Below, in pieces: positions 12,113-28,466 of a stretch of DNA of 64,000 nt (its first letter is position 1; each line of letters starts with the position of its first letter). This stretch comes from Escherichia coli (GTDB lineage Bacteria > Pseudomonadota > Gammaproteobacteria > Enterobacterales > Enterobacteriaceae): the NCBI RefSeq assembly GCF_003334255.1, contig NZ_QOWU01000008.1; one strand, written 5' to 3'. Made by a program: the position numbers and the translations under genes. The notes under the pieces were generated by a model, which saw only the letters and a program-made list of their open reading frames with translations, was not told the origin of the DNA and ran no database searches.

Positions 12113-12649
12113 ATGGCCAGCAGAGGCGTAAACAAGGTTATTCTCGTTGGTAATCTGGGTCAGGACCCGGAAGTACGCTACATGCCAAATGGTGGCGCAG
12201 TTGCCAACATTACGCTGGCTACTTCCGAATCCTGGCGTGATAAAGCGACCGGCGAGATGAAAGAACAGACTGAATGGCACCGCGTTGTGCTGTTCGGCAA
12301 ACTGGCAGAAGTGGCGAGCGAATATCTGCGTAAAGGTTCTCAGGTTTATATCGAAGGTCAGCTGCGTACCCGTAAATGGACCGATCAATCCGGTCAGGAT
12401 CGCTACACCACAGAAGTCGTGGTGAACGTTGGCGGCACCATGCAGATGCTGGGTGGTCGTCAGGGTGGTGGCGCTCCGGCAGGTGGCAATATCGGTGGTG
12501 GTCAGCCGCAGGGCGGTTGGGGTCAGCCTCAGCAGCCGCAGGGTGGCAATCAGTTCAGCGGCGGCGCGCAGTCTCGCCCGCAGCAGTCCGCTCCGGCAGC
12601 GCCGTCTAACGAGCCGCCGATGGACTTTGATGATGACATTCCGTTCTGA
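12113..12649 (+). CDS. ssb: single-stranded DNA-binding protein, 178 aa
   Basis: ORF 12050..12649 trimmed to [16 protein letters not shown]; OB fold, glycine/glutamine-rich tail and acidic C-terminus DFDDDIPF. Confidence 0.95.
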   Translation: MASRGVNKVILVGNLGQDPEVRYMPNGGAVANITLATSESWRDKATGEMKEQTEWHRVVLFGKLAEVASEYLRKGSQVYIEGQLRTRKWTDQSGQDRYTTEVVVNVGGTMQMLGGRQGGGAPAGGNIGGGQPQGGWGQPQQPQGGNQFSGGAQSRPQQSAPAAPSNEPPMDFDDDIPF

Positions 12650-12717
12650 TTTGTCATTAAAACAATAGGTTATATTGTTTTAAGGTGGATGATTAAAGCA
12701 TCTGCCAGCCATAAAAA

Positions 12718-12742
12718 AGAAGCCTCCGTTATGGAGGCTTCT
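12718..12742. terminator. bidirectional terminator between convergent ssb and yjcB
   Basis: AGAAGCCTCCgttatGGAGGCTTCT hairpin with A-run upstream and T-rich sequence downstream. Confidence 0.75.
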
Positions 12743-12747
12743 ACGTA

Positions 12748-13029
12748 TCAGGTCAAAATCATTGGCCATTGTGGCGGTGTCTGATTCATCTCTTCTATCA
12801 TCACCGACTCGATGTTGTGCCAGATAGCGGTGATGTCCGCCATTGTGATGCCAAGCAACCCCATTGCGAACCAACAGGCGGAAACAACGCCCAGACCGCT
12901 GCTGATCACCGCAAGCCCGACATAATCAGACCGACGAAAACGGATGTTGAGTGTGCTGGCCAGAAACATCATTACGGCACTAAGAAGTTGCCAGCGAAGA
13001 AGAACCACGCCAGTGGTGAGGGTAGCCAT
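12748..13029 (-). CDS. yjcB: small membrane protein YjcB (93 aa)
   Basis: ORF 12748..13128 trimmed to MATLTTGVVLL...; two hydrophobic helices. Confidence 0.6.
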   Translation of the reverse strand: MATLTTGVVLLRWQLLSAVMMFLASTLNIRFRRSDYVGLAVISSGLGVVSACWFAMGLLGITMADITAIWHNIESVMIEEMNQTPPQWPMILT

Positions 13030-13458
13030 CAAACAATTCCTCTGAAAAGAGCCGATGCCCTGGACAGCGCGGCGTTGTTCACGGGAGGCGTGGTACACTC
13101 TGGCTATCGCGGGGCTTGCAGAACACAAAAATGAAACACTCTGTTTGTTTCATTAATTTTGTGAACTATATCACAATTGATTGTTTGTTAGCCATATTAG
13201 GCCGTGACTTTTATTGCTGTACAGATTATGTGGTTTTTCAGTGGCATTAAGGGCATATCTTCCCGCCGCCTCTGCATTCCTGTAGGAAATTAATTTTGAA
13301 TATCAATGAATTATTTTCATCCAGGTGACGATTAGAAAGGTATCAATTTCAAATCAGGCAAAAGTGCTATTTATACCGTAAGATTTATCTAAAGACGTCG
13401 GTACCCAGGGTTTTCACCTTGCAATGGCCGGGTATAAACAGGCAGGAAATTGATAGCA

Positions 13459-15045
13459 ATGAGTCATCGTGCACGACACCAATTACTGGCGTTGCCGGGC
13501 ATTATCTTTTTAGTTCTCTTTCCCATCATTCTTTCGCTATGGATTGCCTTCCTTTGGGCAAAATCAGAAGTGAATAATCAGCTCCGAACCTTTGCTCAAC
13601 TGGCACTGGATAAATCCGAGCTGGTCATTCGCCAGGCAGATTTAGTGAGCGATGCAGCTGAACGCTATCAGGGGCAAGTTTGCACTCCAGCCCATCAAAA
13701 GCGAATGTTGAATATTATTCGTGGCTATCTTTATATTAATGAATTGATCTATGCCCGTGATAACCATTTTTTATGCTCATCGCTGATAGCGCCTGTAAAC
13801 GGCTATACGATTGCACCGGCCGATTATAAGCGTGAACCTAACGTTTCTATCTATTATTACCGCGATACGCCTTTTTTCTCTGGCTATAAAATGACCTATA
13901 TGCAGCGGGGAAATTATGTGGCGGTTATCAACCCTCTCTTCTGGAGTGAAGTGATGTCTGATGACCCGACATTGCAATGGGGTGTGTATGATACGGTGAC
14001 GAAAACCTTTTTCTCGTTAAGCAAAGAGGCCTCGGCAGCAACGTTTTCTCCGCTGATTCATTTGAAGGATTTAACCGTACAAAGAAATGGCTATTTATAT
14101 GCGACAGTTTATTCGACAAAACGCCCAATTGCAGCCATTGTTGCGACTTCATATCAACGTCTTATAACCCATTTTTATAATCATCTTATTTTTGCGTTGC
14201 CCGCCGGTATTTTGGGGAGTCTTGTTCTGCTATTACTCTGGCTACGTATTCGACAAAACTATTTATCTCCCAAACGTAAATTGCAACGCGCCCTCGAAAA
14301 ACATCAACTTTGTCTTTATTACCAGCCAATAATCGATATCAAAACAGAAAAATGTATCGGCGCTGAAGCGTTGTTACGTTGGCCTGGTGAGCAGGGGCAA
14401 ATAATGAATCCGGCAGAGTTTATTCCGCTGGCAGAAAAGGAGGGGATGATAGAACAGATAACTGATTATGTTATTGATAATGTCTTCCGCGATCTGGGCG
14501 ATTACCTGGCAACACATGCAGATCGCTATGTTTCTATTAACCTGTCGGCCTCCGATTTTCATACGTCACGGTTGATAGCGCGAATCAATCAGAAAACAGA
14601 GCAATACGCGGTGCGTCCGCAGCAAATTAAATTTGAAGTGACTGAGCATGCATTTCTTGATGTTGACAAAATGACGCCGATTATTCTGGCTTTCCGCCAG
14701 GCAGGTTACGAAGTGGCAATTGATGATTTTGGTATTGGCTACTCTAACTTGCATAACCTTAAATCATTGAATGTCGATATTTTGAAAATCGACAAATCGT
14801 TTGTTGAAACGCTGACCACCCACAAAACCAGTCATTTGATTGCGGAACACATCATCGAGCTGGCGCACAGCCTGGGGTTAAAAACGATCGCTGAAGGCGT
14901 CGAAACTGAGGAGCAGGTTAACTGGCTGCGCAAACGCGGCGTGCGCTATTGCCAGGGATGGTTCTTTGCGAAGGCGATGCCGCCGCAGGTGTTTATGCAA
15001 TGGATGGAGCAATTACCCGCGCGGGAGTTAACGCGCGGGCAATAA
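13459..15045 (+). CDS. pdeC: c-di-GMP phosphodiesterase with periplasmic sensor and EAL domain (528 aa)
   Basis: N-terminal TM helix, second TM helix, then an EAL domain (LYYQPIIDI ... EALLRW ... [10 protein letters not shown]). Confidence 0.85.
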
Positions 15046-15047
15046 AA

Positions 15048-15371
15048 TTACAGGCGGTGGCGATAATCGCTGGGAGTGCGATCAAACTGCCGACGGAAAA
15101 CGCGGGAGAAGGTCTGCTGCGAGACATAACCCAGGTCCATTGCGATATCAAAAATCGGACGCTCGGTGGTGCGCAACTCAACGGCGGCCAGTAACAGGCG
15201 GCGTTGGCGAATGTAATCGCCAAGCGTCTGATGCGTCACCGTGCGGAACATTCGTTGCAAGTACCACTTTGAATAGCCTGATTTTTTTGCGACTACATCA
15301 ATGTTAAGCGGCTGGTCAATATGCTCGTCAATCCATGCGATAAGATCCTGAATAATTTTCTGATGGGACAT
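15048..15371 (-). CDS. soxS: AraC-family superoxide-response activator SoxS (107 aa)
   Basis: Translation MSHQKIIQDLIAWIDEHIDQPLNIDVVAKKSGYSKWYLQRMFR with two HTH motifs. Confidence 0.95.
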   Translation of the reverse strand: MSHQKIIQDLIAWIDEHIDQPLNIDVVAKKSGYSKWYLQRMFRTVTHQTLGDYIRQRRLLLAAVELRTTERPIFDIAMDLGYVSQQTFSRVFRRQFDRTPSDYRHRL

Positions 15372-15427
15372 AAATCTGCCTCTTTTCAGTGTTCAGTTCG
15401 TTAATTCATCTGTTGGGGAGTATAATT

Positions 15428-15445
15428 CCTCAAGTTAACTTGAGG
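15428..15445. promoter_or_regulatory. SoxR operator within the soxS promoter (perfect 18-bp palindrome)
   Basis: CCTCAAGTTAACTTGAGG in the divergent soxS-soxR spacer. Confidence 0.9.
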
Positions 15446-15456
15446 TAAAGCGATTT

Positions 15457-15921
15457 ATGGAAAAGAAATTACCCCGCATTAAAGCGCTGCTAACCCCCGG
15501 CGAAGTGGCGAAACGCAGCGGTGTGGCGGTATCGGCGCTGCATTTCTATGAAAGTAAAGGGTTGATTACCAGTATCCGTAACAGCGGCAATCAGCGGCGA
15601 TATAAACGTGATGTGTTGCGATATGTTGCAATTATCAAAATTGCTCAGCGTATTGGCATTCCGCTGGCGACCATTGGTGAAGCGTTTGGCGTGTTGCCCG
15701 AAGGGCATACGTTAAGTGCGAAAGAGTGGAAACAGCTTTCGTCCCAATGGCGAGAAGAGTTGGATCGGCGCATTCATACCTTAGTGGCGCTGCGTGACGA
15801 ACTGGACGGATGTATTGGTTGTGGCTGCCTTTCGCGCAGTGATTGCCCGTTGCGTAACCCGGGCGACCGCTTAGGAGAAGAAGGTACCGGCGCACGCTTG
15901 CTGGAAGATGAACAAAACTAA
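15457..15921 (+). CDS. soxR: MerR-family redox sensor SoxR with [2Fe-2S] cluster (154 aa)
   Basis: MerR-type HTH N-terminus and C-terminal [12 protein letters not shown] cysteine cluster. Confidence 0.95.
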   Translation: MEKKLPRIKALLTPGEVAKRSGVAVSALHFYESKGLITSIRNSGNQRRYKRDVLRYVAIIKIAQRIGIPLATIGEAFGVLPEGHTLSAKEWKQLSSQWREELDRRIHTLVALRDELDGCIGCGCLSRSDCPLRNPGDRLGEEGTGARLLEDEQN

Positions 15922-16054
15922 AGCGCCACAAGGGCGCTTTAGTTTGTTTTCCGGTCTTTGTCTTTCTCTCTATCCCGCTGGTACACAGGAGGGTTTCCCC
16001 CGACGTCAACACACCTCATTCGAGCACGTGGTGGAGGTTCCGGTTGGTGTTGAT
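15915..16054 (-). ncRNA. ryjA: candidate small RNA RyjA/SraL, convergent with soxR
   Basis: Placed from recollection that K-12 carries this sRNA just 3' of soxR on the opposite strand, sharing the terminator hairpin; not verifiable from sequence alone. Confidence 0.35.
15921..15950. terminator. hairpin at the soxR 3' end (AAAGCGCCacaaGGGCGCTTT), likely bidirectional
   Basis: Inverted repeat overlapping the soxR stop, followed by a T-rich tract. Confidence 0.7.
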
Positions 16055-16196
16055 GCTTTAATTGTATGTCACCGACGTTTCTTCGCCAGTGTAAAAGTAT
16101 ACTTTTTAACCGCAATATTTTTGTCATCTCAGACGATTTTTTATCGCAATCCTGAACGGTATACGGCTCGATAACGCTGCAATCTTGCGCACCGAC

Positions 16197-16213
16197 GATA
16201 ACGTTTGCGCATC
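16197..16213. promoter_or_regulatory. PurR-box-like motif (reverse complement GCGCAAACGTTATC) upstream of ghxP
   Basis: Similarity to the PurR operator core CGCAAACGTTT; a second AAACGTTTGC copy at 16341..16350 and a weaker one near 16397. Confidence 0.3.
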
Positions 16214-16466
16214 AATTGCCTGGTTTTTCATCGTCAAGACAATAAAAGAGAAAAAAGCAGCAAACTTCGGTTGAAAAAGCCGCTATGATCGCCGGATAAT
16301 CGTTTGCTTTTTTTACCACCCGTTTTGTATGCGCGGAGCTAAACGTTTGCTTTTTTGCGACGCAGCAAATTGTCGCAAACCTGGAGCAGGAAGATAACGT
16401 TTCGCTGGCAGGGGATTGTCCGCCACGCATCTTGACGAAAATTAAACTCTCAGGGGATGTTTTCTT

Positions 16467-17816
16467 ATGTCTACGCCATCAGCGCGTACCGGCGGTTCAC
16501 TCGACGCCTGGTTTAAAATTTCACAACGTGGAAGCACTGTCCGTCAGGAAGTGGTTGCCGGGTTAACAACGTTTCTGGCGATGGTCTACTCGGTCATCGT
16601 CGTTCCAGGTATGTTGGGTAAAGCAGGCTTCCCGCCTGCGGCAGTTTTCGTTGCAACCTGTCTGGTTGCCGGACTCGGTTCTATCGTGATGGGTCTGTGG
16701 GCTAATCTGCCGTTGGCGATTGGTTGCGCCATCTCCCTGACAGCGTTTACCGCATTCAGCCTGGTGCTGGGGCAACATATTAGCGTACCTGTCGCGCTGG
16801 GTGCCGTGTTCCTGATGGGTGTGCTGTTTACGGTAATTTCTGCCACGGGTATCCGTAGCTGGATTTTGCGCAACTTGCCTCACGGTGTGGCGCACGGCAC
16901 GGGGATTGGTATCGGTCTGTTCCTGCTGCTCATTGCCGCTAACGGTGTCGGTCTGGTGATTAAAAACCCGCTTGATGGTCTGCCCGTTGCGCTGGGTGAT
17001 TTCGCGACCTTCCCGGTGATTATGTCACTGGTAGGTCTGGCGGTGATCATCGGCCTGGAAAAACTGAAAGTCCCTGGTGGCATTCTGCTGACCATTATCG
17101 GTATCTCAATTGTCGGTTTGATCTTCGATCCTAACGTCCATTTCTCCGGCGTTTTCGCCATGCCTTCATTGAGCGATGAAAACGGCAATTCACTGATTGG
17201 CAGCCTGGACATTATGGGCGCGCTGAATCCTGTAGTCCTGCCAAGCGTTCTGGCGCTGGTGATGACGGCAGTATTTGATGCCACCGGAACTATCCGTGCC
17301 GTCGCCGGCCAGGCGAACCTGCTGGATAAAGATGGGCAGATCATCGACGGTGGGAAAGCACTGACCACTGACTCCATGAGCAGCGTTTTCTCTGGCCTGG
17401 TGGGTGCGGCTCCGGCAGCGGTATACATCGAGTCTGCGGCGGGTACGGCGGCGGGCGGTAAAACCGGTTTGACGGCTATCACCGTTGGCGTGCTGTTCCT
17501 CCTGATTCTGTTCCTCTCTCCGCTCTCTTACCTCGTTCCGGGGTATGCAACGGCTCCGGCGCTGATGTACGTTGGCCTGCTGATGCTGAGCAACGTGGCG
17601 AAAATCGACTTTGCTGATTTTGTTGATGCGATGGCGGGTCTGGTTACGGCTGTATTCATCGTGCTGACCTGTAACATCGTAACAGGCATCATGATCGGCT
17701 TCGCGACTCTGGTGATTGGTCGTCTGGTTTCCGGCGAATGGCGCAAGTTGAACATCGGTACGGTCGTTATCGCCGTGGCGCTGGTGACCTTCTATGCGGG
17801 TGGCTGGGCTATCTAA
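16467..17816 (+). CDS. ghxP: guanine/hypoxanthine permease, NCS2/AzgA family (449 aa)
   Basis: Polytopic membrane protein with AzgA-like sequence; conserved position after soxR. Confidence 0.85.
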
Positions 17817-17834
17817 TCTTTCATCGGATTCTGA

Positions 17835-17868
17835 AAACGGGTGGCAATGGCTGCCCGTTTTTATTTTC
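17835..17868 (+). terminator. rho-independent terminator of ghxP
   Basis: AAACGGGTGGCAATGGCTGCCCGTTT hairpin followed by a T-run. Confidence 0.7.
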
Positions 17869-17966
17869 TCCGCACATTGTGTGAGCTTTTGCGATATTCT
17901 GAAAAAATGAGAATTCAGGCATAACGTCTTTCTCAGATCATAAAAAACATCGCAAACAGGGAACGC

Positions 17967-19616
17967 ATGGAAATCTTCTTCACCATACTGATAATGACCC
18001 TCGTGGTCTCGCTGTCCGGGGTGGTCACTCGTGTCATGCCCTTTCAGATCCCGCTTCCGCTTATGCAAATCGCCATCGGTGCGCTACTGGCGTGGCCGAC
18101 GTTTGGTTTGCATGTGGAGTTTGATCCTGAACTCTTTTTAGTCTTGTTTATCCCGCCGTTGCTGTTCGCTGATGGCTGGAAAACGCCGACCCGTGAATTT
18201 CTCGAACATGGTCGAGAGATTTTCGGCCTCGCGCTGGCGCTGGTGGTGGTCACCGTGGTCGGCATTGGCTTCCTTATTTACTGGGTGGTGCCGGGCATTC
18301 CGCTGATCCCTGCCTTTGCGCTGGCGGCGGTGCTTTCTCCGACCGATGCTGTGGCGCTCTCCGGGATTGTTGGCGAAGGGCGCATCCCGAAAAAAATCAT
18401 GGGCATTTTGCAGGGCGAAGCGTTGATGAATGACGCCTCCGGTCTGGTGTCGTTGAAGTTTGCCGTAGCAGTGGCGATGGGGACGATGATCTTCACCGTC
18501 GGCGGTGCGACGGTCGAATTTATGAAAGTAGCCATTGGCGGTATTCTCGCCGGTTTTGTGGTGAGCTGGCTGTACGGTCGCTCGCTGCGATTCCTCAGCC
18601 GCTGGGGCGGTGATGAACCCGCGACGCAGATCGTCCTGCTGTTCCTGCTGCCATTCGCTTCTTATCTGATTGCCGAACATATTGGCGTTTCCGGCATCCT
18701 CGCTGCGGTTGCCGCCGGGATGACCATCACCCGCTCCGGTGTGATGCGCCGTGCGCCGCTGGCAATGCGCCTGCGTGCAAACAGCACCTGGGCGATGCTG
18801 GAATTTGTCTTTAACGGCATGGTGTTCCTGCTGTTAGGTCTGCAGCTGCCGGGTATTCTGGAGACGTCGCTGATGGCAGCAGAAATCGACCCTAACGTCG
18901 AAATCTGGATGCTGTTTACCGATATTATTCTGATATATGCGGCGCTGATGCTGGTCCGTTTCGGCTGGCTGTGGACGATGAAAAAGTTCAGCAACCGCTT
19001 CCTGAAGAAGAAGCCGATGGAGTTTGGTTCGTGGACCACACGAGAAATCCTGATCGCGTCTTTCGCCGGGGTGCGTGGGGCGATCACTCTGGCCGGTGTG
19101 CTCTCTATCCCGCTGCTCTTGCCGGATGGTAACGTCTTCCCGGCGCGCTATGAGCTGGTGTTCCTGGCGGCTGGCGTCATTCTCTTCTCGCTGTTTGTCG
19201 GCGTGGTGATGTTGCCTATTCTGCTACAACACATTGAAGTCGCGGATCATTCGCAACAATTGAAAGAGGAACGTATTGCGCGAGCGGCAACGGCAGAAGT
19301 GGCGATTGTGGCGATCCAGAAAATGGAGGAGCGTCTGGCGGCGGATACCGAAGAGAATATCGATAACCAGCTGCTTACGGAGGTCAGTTCTCGCGTCATT
19401 GGTAACCTGCGTCGTCGCGCCGATGGACGTAACGACGTTGAAAGTTCCGTGCAGGAAGAGAACCTTGAGCGTCGCTTCCGTCTGGCGGCATTGCGTTCTG
19501 AACGTGCTGAACTTTACCACCTGCGCGCCACACGGGAGATCAGCAACGAAACGCTGCAAAAATTACTGCACGATCTCGATTTGCTTGAAGCGTTGCTAAT
19601 TGAGGAAAATCAGTAA
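17967..19616 (+). CDS. yjcE: CPA1-family Na+(K+)/H+ exchanger (549 aa)
   Basis: Hydrophobic N-terminal 400 aa plus charged cytoplasmic tail; NhaP-like. Confidence 0.85.
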   Translation: MEIFFTILIMTLVVSLSGVVTRVMPFQIPLPLMQIAIGALLAWPTFGLHVEFDPELFLVLFIPPLLFADGWKTPTREFLEHGREIFGLALALVVVTVVGIGFLIYWVVPGIPLIPAFALAAVLSPTDAVALSGIVGEGRIPKKIMGILQGEALMNDASGLVSLKFAVAVAMGTMIFTVGGATVEFMKVAIGGILAGFVVSWLYGRSLRFLSRWGGDEPATQIVLLFLLPFASYLIAEHIGVSGILAAVAAGMTITRSGVMRRAPLAMRLRANSTWAMLEFVFNGMVFLLLGLQLPGILETSLMAAEIDPNVEIWMLFTDIILIYAALMLVRFGWLWTMKKFSNRFLKKKPMEFGSWTTREILIASFAGVRGAITLAGVLSIPLLLPDGNVFPARYELVFLAAGVILFSLFVGVVMLPILLQHIEVADHSQQLKEERIARAATAEVAIVAIQKMEERLAADTEENIDNQLLTEVSSRVIGNLRRRADGRNDVESSVQEENLERRFRLAALRSERAELYHLRATREISNETLQKLLHDLDLLEALLIEENQ

Positions 19617-19652
19617 GCCGAAAGCGACGTAACCAGGCCCGAGGTAATCTGA

Positions 19653-19680
19653 AAAAGGTGCAATCTTTTGCACCTTTAAC
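19653..19680 (+). terminator. rho-independent terminator of yjcE
   Basis: AAAAAGGTGCAatcttTTGCACCTTT hairpin. Confidence 0.65.
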
Positions 19681-19769
19681 AGGTTAGCTCGGGCTAACAT
19701 TCATGATTCTAAAACAAATAAGTTATCTCTCTTTTAAAGTCAATTCATTGGCTGTTCTTCGACTTAACC

Positions 19770-21062
19770 TCAATCTGCATCTTGCATAATATCTGCAGTA
19801 ATCTTCATAGCGACTGCATGAAGATTATCCTCAGTTTGTGACATGCCAGTATGAGTGGCACAATCTTCTTCAAAGAATTTCTGTAGTGTTACCAGGATAT
19901 CACTATTAATGGAGATATTTTCCTCACCACGGAGAATGGTAATACCCATTCCCTGGACGCTAGCCTCATCGAAATTAACACGATAGAGACGGATATTAAA
20001 CATCCAGGCTTTTGTTAAAACAGAACAGTTGAAATGGCAATTGCTTAAATTGGCATTATTAAAATTAACATTAGCCATATTAGAGCCGGTACATATAACC
20101 ATTTCGAGGAACGTATTTGTTAACCGCGTAAAAAAGAGTTTGCTATCAATTAAGTTTATATTCTGGAGGGTTGCTTTATTCAGGTTGACACGAGACAGAT
20201 CAGCATGTTCAAAGTTAATTAAATCAAGTTTAGAGAAGCTAAGGTCGGCTCTAAATAAATTAATATATGGCGCTATTACTTTATAAAGATTTACCTCAGC
20301 CATGTATGCCATATAAAAATTTGAATAATCAAGGAAGGTATTTTTAATATTGGCTCTATTCATTGTTGCATTGTAGAATTGAACATGCATAGCGGAACAT
20401 GAATTTAGAGTTCCGTCAGTCATTTTTATCTGAGCGAAATTTGAGTCATCGAGAATACAATTATCAAAAAGTATTTTTTCCATTATGGCGAAATTAAAAT
20501 TCGTTTTATACATATTACAGTCCTGAAAAATAGCGTTTTGTAGTCTGCAACCTGCAAAATTCGAATTGGATAAATCTTCATCTTTAATCACGATACCTTT
20601 CAGGCTAAGGTGTGAAAAATCGTAACCACCATTTACTGTCTGTGGGATTTCGATAGTATTATTATGGACGGTGACATTATTTATAAAATATACCACCTTA
20701 ATTGACACTTCCTTATCTTTATTAAGGTAAACTCTTCTCGTAATTCTATCGTCACATTTATTATTTGCATGTGAAGCTATATCTATAAAATATTTATGTA
20801 TTTTCCTGTCCGTTTCTTTCGTGATTTTTCCTGATGGTAAACTATCATAAATTCTTTTCATTTTCTGAATCAAGCCTATCACTTTTTCATGATCATCCAT
20901 TTTGAAAAGAGAGAGGGCTTTATTGTCAATTAACGTGTTTTTATGATGTTTGCTGTAATTATCTGATTTTGTTTTCTTTGTATGTGATGGACTTGTGACA
21001 GAGTGGTTATCGTTAATCAGGCAAAGAGGGAAAAACATATTATTTAAACCATTATAGCGCAT
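19770..21062 (-). CDS. yjcF: pentapeptide-repeat protein of unknown function (430 aa)
   Basis: C-terminal half has tandem A(D/N)LSxxNL(x)xA-type pentapeptide repeats (NLYKVIAPYINLFRADLSFSKLDLINFEHADLSRVNLNKATLQNINL); gene is AT-rich. Confidence 0.75.
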   Translation of the reverse strand: MRYNGLNNMFFPLCLINDNHSVTSPSHTKKTKSDNYSKHHKNTLIDNKALSLFKMDDHEKVIGLIQKMKRIYDSLPSGKITKETDRKIHKYFIDIASHANNKCDDRITRRVYLNKDKEVSIKVVYFINNVTVHNNTIEIPQTVNGGYDFSHLSLKGIVIKDEDLSNSNFAGCRLQNAIFQDCNMYKTNFNFAIMEKILFDNCILDDSNFAQIKMTDGTLNSCSAMHVQFYNATMNRANIKNTFLDYSNFYMAYMAEVNLYKVIAPYINLFRADLSFSKLDLINFEHADLSRVNLNKATLQNINLIDSKLFFTRLTNTFLEMVICTGSNMANVNFNNANLSNCHFNCSVLTKAWMFNIRLYRVNFDEASVQGMGITILRGEENISINSDILVTLQKFFEEDCATHTGMSQTEDNLHAVAMKITADIMQDAD

Positions 21063-21239
21063 AAAATATCCTTATAATTAACAAGAAAGAAAAGGCATAT
21101 TCTCTGCATTATCATTTTCTACGACTGTCAAAAATCGCTCATTTTTTAATGAGTTTATTTGTTTAATATTATGGGAAAAGGTGATGCATTTGGGAGAGGA
21201 AGAGTATTCCCCGGTCAGACGACCGGGGAAGGGGAGAGA

Positions 21240-23200
<1,961 letters not shown>

Positions 23201-23278
23201 CACAGATTCTCCAGAGGTAATGTAGGGATTGTTTTAATTCCCGCTCCCTTATGGGAGAAGGTTAACGCTCGGGTAACC

Positions 23279-23372
<94 letters not shown>

Positions 23373-23399
23373 TACCGACTCGCATCGGGCAATTGTGGG

Positions 23400-25358
<1,959 letters not shown>

Positions 25359-25608
25359 GCTTTTGTTCTCCTTGTAGGATGTTAATAATATGTGGCATAA
25401 GCGTTAAATGTAGGGGTATTGGCAGTTTTGTTTAGTATTTGGGCGACAGATCACGCAAAAGTAGAATTGTGCAAATAAACGGCAGGGTAATTTTTGAAGG
25501 TCAGCAACAAAAGTTGATTAATTCTTTGAGGAACATGCAGTTATGCATGCTGTTGAAAAAGAGGAAGATACTGACTAACTCTAAAGTGGTATTTTACATG
25601 CACTTACA

Positions 25609-25622
25609 ATTGATTAAAGACA
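25609..25622 (+). promoter_or_regulatory. candidate FNR half-site-like motif in the nrfA promoter region
   Basis: TTGATTAAAGACAA partially matches TTGAT-N4-ATCAA about 130 bp upstream of the nrfA start; nrf is FNR-dependent by established knowledge; exact site not verified. Confidence 0.3.
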
Positions 25623-25708
25623 ACATTCACAGTGTGGTTATTTGTTACACATAGGGGCGAGCAATGTCATGACAGTGTAGGTGCGGTTACTGTCGTGAAA
25701 AACAATAA

Positions 25709-27187
<1,479 letters not shown>

Positions 27188-27231
27188 CCCCGTTCCGCCT
27201 CGCAAGGGGCGGAAAACACAATGGAGTGAAT

Positions 27232-27798
27232 ATGAGCGTATTACGTTCGTTATTAACTGCCGGGGTGCTGGCGTCGGGCCTGTTGTGGAGCCTGAACGGA
27301 ATTACCGCTACCCCTGCGGCGCAGGCATCTGATGATCGCTACGAAGTTACCCAGCAGCGTAACCCGGATGCCGCCTGTCTGGACTGTCATAAACCAGATA
27401 CCGAAGGTATGCATGGAAAACATGCTTCCGTTATCAACCCGAATAACAAACTGCCGGTCACCTGCACCAACTGTCACGGCCAGCCATCACCGCAACACCG
27501 CGAAGGGGTGAAAGATGTGATGCGCTTTAACGAGCCGATGTACAAGGTTGGAGAGCAGAACAGCGTCTGTATGTCCTGTCATCTGCCGGAACAGTTGCAA
27601 AAAGCGTTCTGGCCGCACGATGTCCACGTAACCAAAGTGGCGTGCGCCAGCTGCCATTCCCTGCATCCACAGCAAGATACGATGCAGACGTTAAGTGACA
27701 AAGGACGGATTAAGATTTGCGTCGATTGCCACAGCGATCAGCGCACCAATCCGAACTTTAACCCGGCGTCTGTTCCGTTGCTTAAGGAGCAGCCATGA
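27232..27798 (+). CDS. nrfB: pentahaem c-type cytochrome NrfB (188 aa)
   Basis: Signal peptide plus five CxxCH motifs. Confidence 0.9.
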
Positions 27799-28466
27799 CC
27801 TGGTCTCGTCGCCAGTTTCTCACCGGCGTCGGCGTGCTGGCAGCCGTCAGCGGCACCGCAGGGCGCGTGGTGGCGAAAACGTTGAATATCAATGGGGTGC
27901 GTTACGGCATGGTGCATGACGAGTCGTTATGCATCGGCTGTACCGCCTGTATGGATGCTTGTCGGGAAGTGAACAAGGTGCCGGAAGGCGTCTCGCGCCT
28001 GACGATTATTCGTAGCGAGCCGCAGGGCGAATTTCCTGATGTGAAATATCGCTTCTTCCGTAAGTCTTGCCAGCACTGCGATCATGCGCCGTGCGTTGAC
28101 GTCTGCCCGACCGGTGCGTCTTTTCGCGATGCTGCCAGTGGGATTGTCGATGTTAATCCGGATCTCTGCGTCGGTTGTCAGTACTGCATCGCCGCCTGTC
28201 CGTACCGCGTGCGCTTTATCCATCCGGTCACGAAGACGGCGGACAAATGCGATTTCTGCCGTAAGACCAATTTGCAGGCCGGTAAGTTGCCCGCGTGCGT
28301 TGAAGCTTGCCCGACCAAGGCGCTGACGTTTGGCAATCTGGACGATCCCAACAGTGAGATTTCGCAACTGCTGCGCCAGAAGCCCACTTACCGCTACAAG
28401 CTGGCGCTGGGAACCAAACCGAAGCTGTACCGCGTACCGTTTAAATACGGGGAGGTGAGCCAATGA
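27795..28466 (+). CDS. nrfC: 4Fe-4S ferredoxin-type subunit NrfC (223 aa)
   Basis: Tat-like signal (RRQFL) and four CxxCxxCxxxCP clusters. Confidence 0.9.

Noticed and set aside
17190-18068. 292-aa minus-strand ORF overlapping the ghxP 3' end and yjcE 5' end
   Set aside because: It spans an intergenic terminator and two well-supported genes on the opposite strand; the translation is His/Arg/Gln-rich low complexity.
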